A stretch of DNA of 24,000 nucleotides from Candidatus Ornithomonoglobus sp. (GTDB lineage: Bacteria; Bacillota; Clostridia; UBA1381), in the NCBI GenBank assembly GCA_045537455.1, contig JAZSPM010000193.1, positions 1-24,000 on the forward strand. Direction: 5' to 3'. A program made the position numbers and the translations under genes. Below, piece by piece: positions 23,858 to 24,000 of the stretch; position 1 is the stretch's first letter, and the number at the start of each line of letters is the position of its first letter. Under the pieces are notes generated by a model. That model was not told the origin of the DNA. It saw only the letters and a program-made list of their open reading frames with translations, and searched no databases.

Positions 23858-23894
23858 ATCCTGACTAAGACATTGTTCTTGGTCAGGATTTTTT
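23858..23894 (+). terminator. intrinsic terminator closing the toxin/cassette locus
   Basis: atcctgactaag-acattgtt-cttggtcaggat forms a 12-bp stem with one G-U pair, followed by ttttt. Confidence 0.75.
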
Positions 23895-24000
23895 ATGCCC
23901 TTTTTTATGCTATGATGTTGAGTGATATGTAGAAATTTTTATCAAGTAGATGATACGTATTGAAAAAATACAGTGTAAACTTCAAAATTTGACAAGTTCT

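Noticed and set aside
1-24000. CRISPR arrays, tRNA/rRNA genes, and transposase or IS elements.
   Set aside because: Reading the window, I saw no regularly spaced short direct repeats, no cloverleaf-like or rRNA-like segments, and no DDE or Tnp-like ORFs. The only recombinase is the tyrosine recombinase at 7342-8442.

Overview
The window looks like low-GC Firmicutes (Clostridia-like) accessory DNA, split into two blocks of clearly different composition. Positions 1-7160 are visibly GC-richer. They hold the distal part of a conjugative or mobilisable element: the 3' end of a VirB4-type ATPase gene, a small coupled ORF, a lipoprotein, an NlpC/P60 cell-wall hydrolase, two small proteins, a GC-rich hairpin-bearing candidate oriT, and a MobL/MOB-P-type relaxase fused to Sel1-like repeats. 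An AT-rich, oppositely oriented SMI1/KNR4 (SUKH) immunity-type gene is inserted into this block. At about 7160 the sequence becomes strongly AT-rich. A tyrosine recombinase gene follows, bracketed by a perfect 19-bp inverted repeat (7159-7177 and 8521-8539). Next comes a complete agr-type peptide quorum-sensing set in the order agrA-agrC-agrD-agrB. It consists of a LytTR response regulator, a GHKL kinase, an AgrD-like 47-aa precursor ORF too short to appear in the ORF track, and an AgrB-like protease. Only 105 bp downstream, with no convincing promoter of its own, a 10.2-kb gene encodes a 3397-aa secreted polymorphic toxin. Its domain order is signal peptide, C-type lectin, beta-helix, vWA, about 9 Ig-like modules, RHS/YD shell, PT-TG-like linker, pre-toxin HINT domain and a WHH (HNH/EndoVII) nuclease tip. 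A tandem-SUKH immunity gene follows. After that come one orphan HINT-3'/alternative-toxin cassette with its own small immunity ORF, and a second truncated HINT remnant. The main hypothesis is that the agr-type autoinducer circuit is physically, and probably transcriptionally, coupled to this giant RHS toxin locus with swappable tips. No rRNA, tRNA or CRISPR array was seen.
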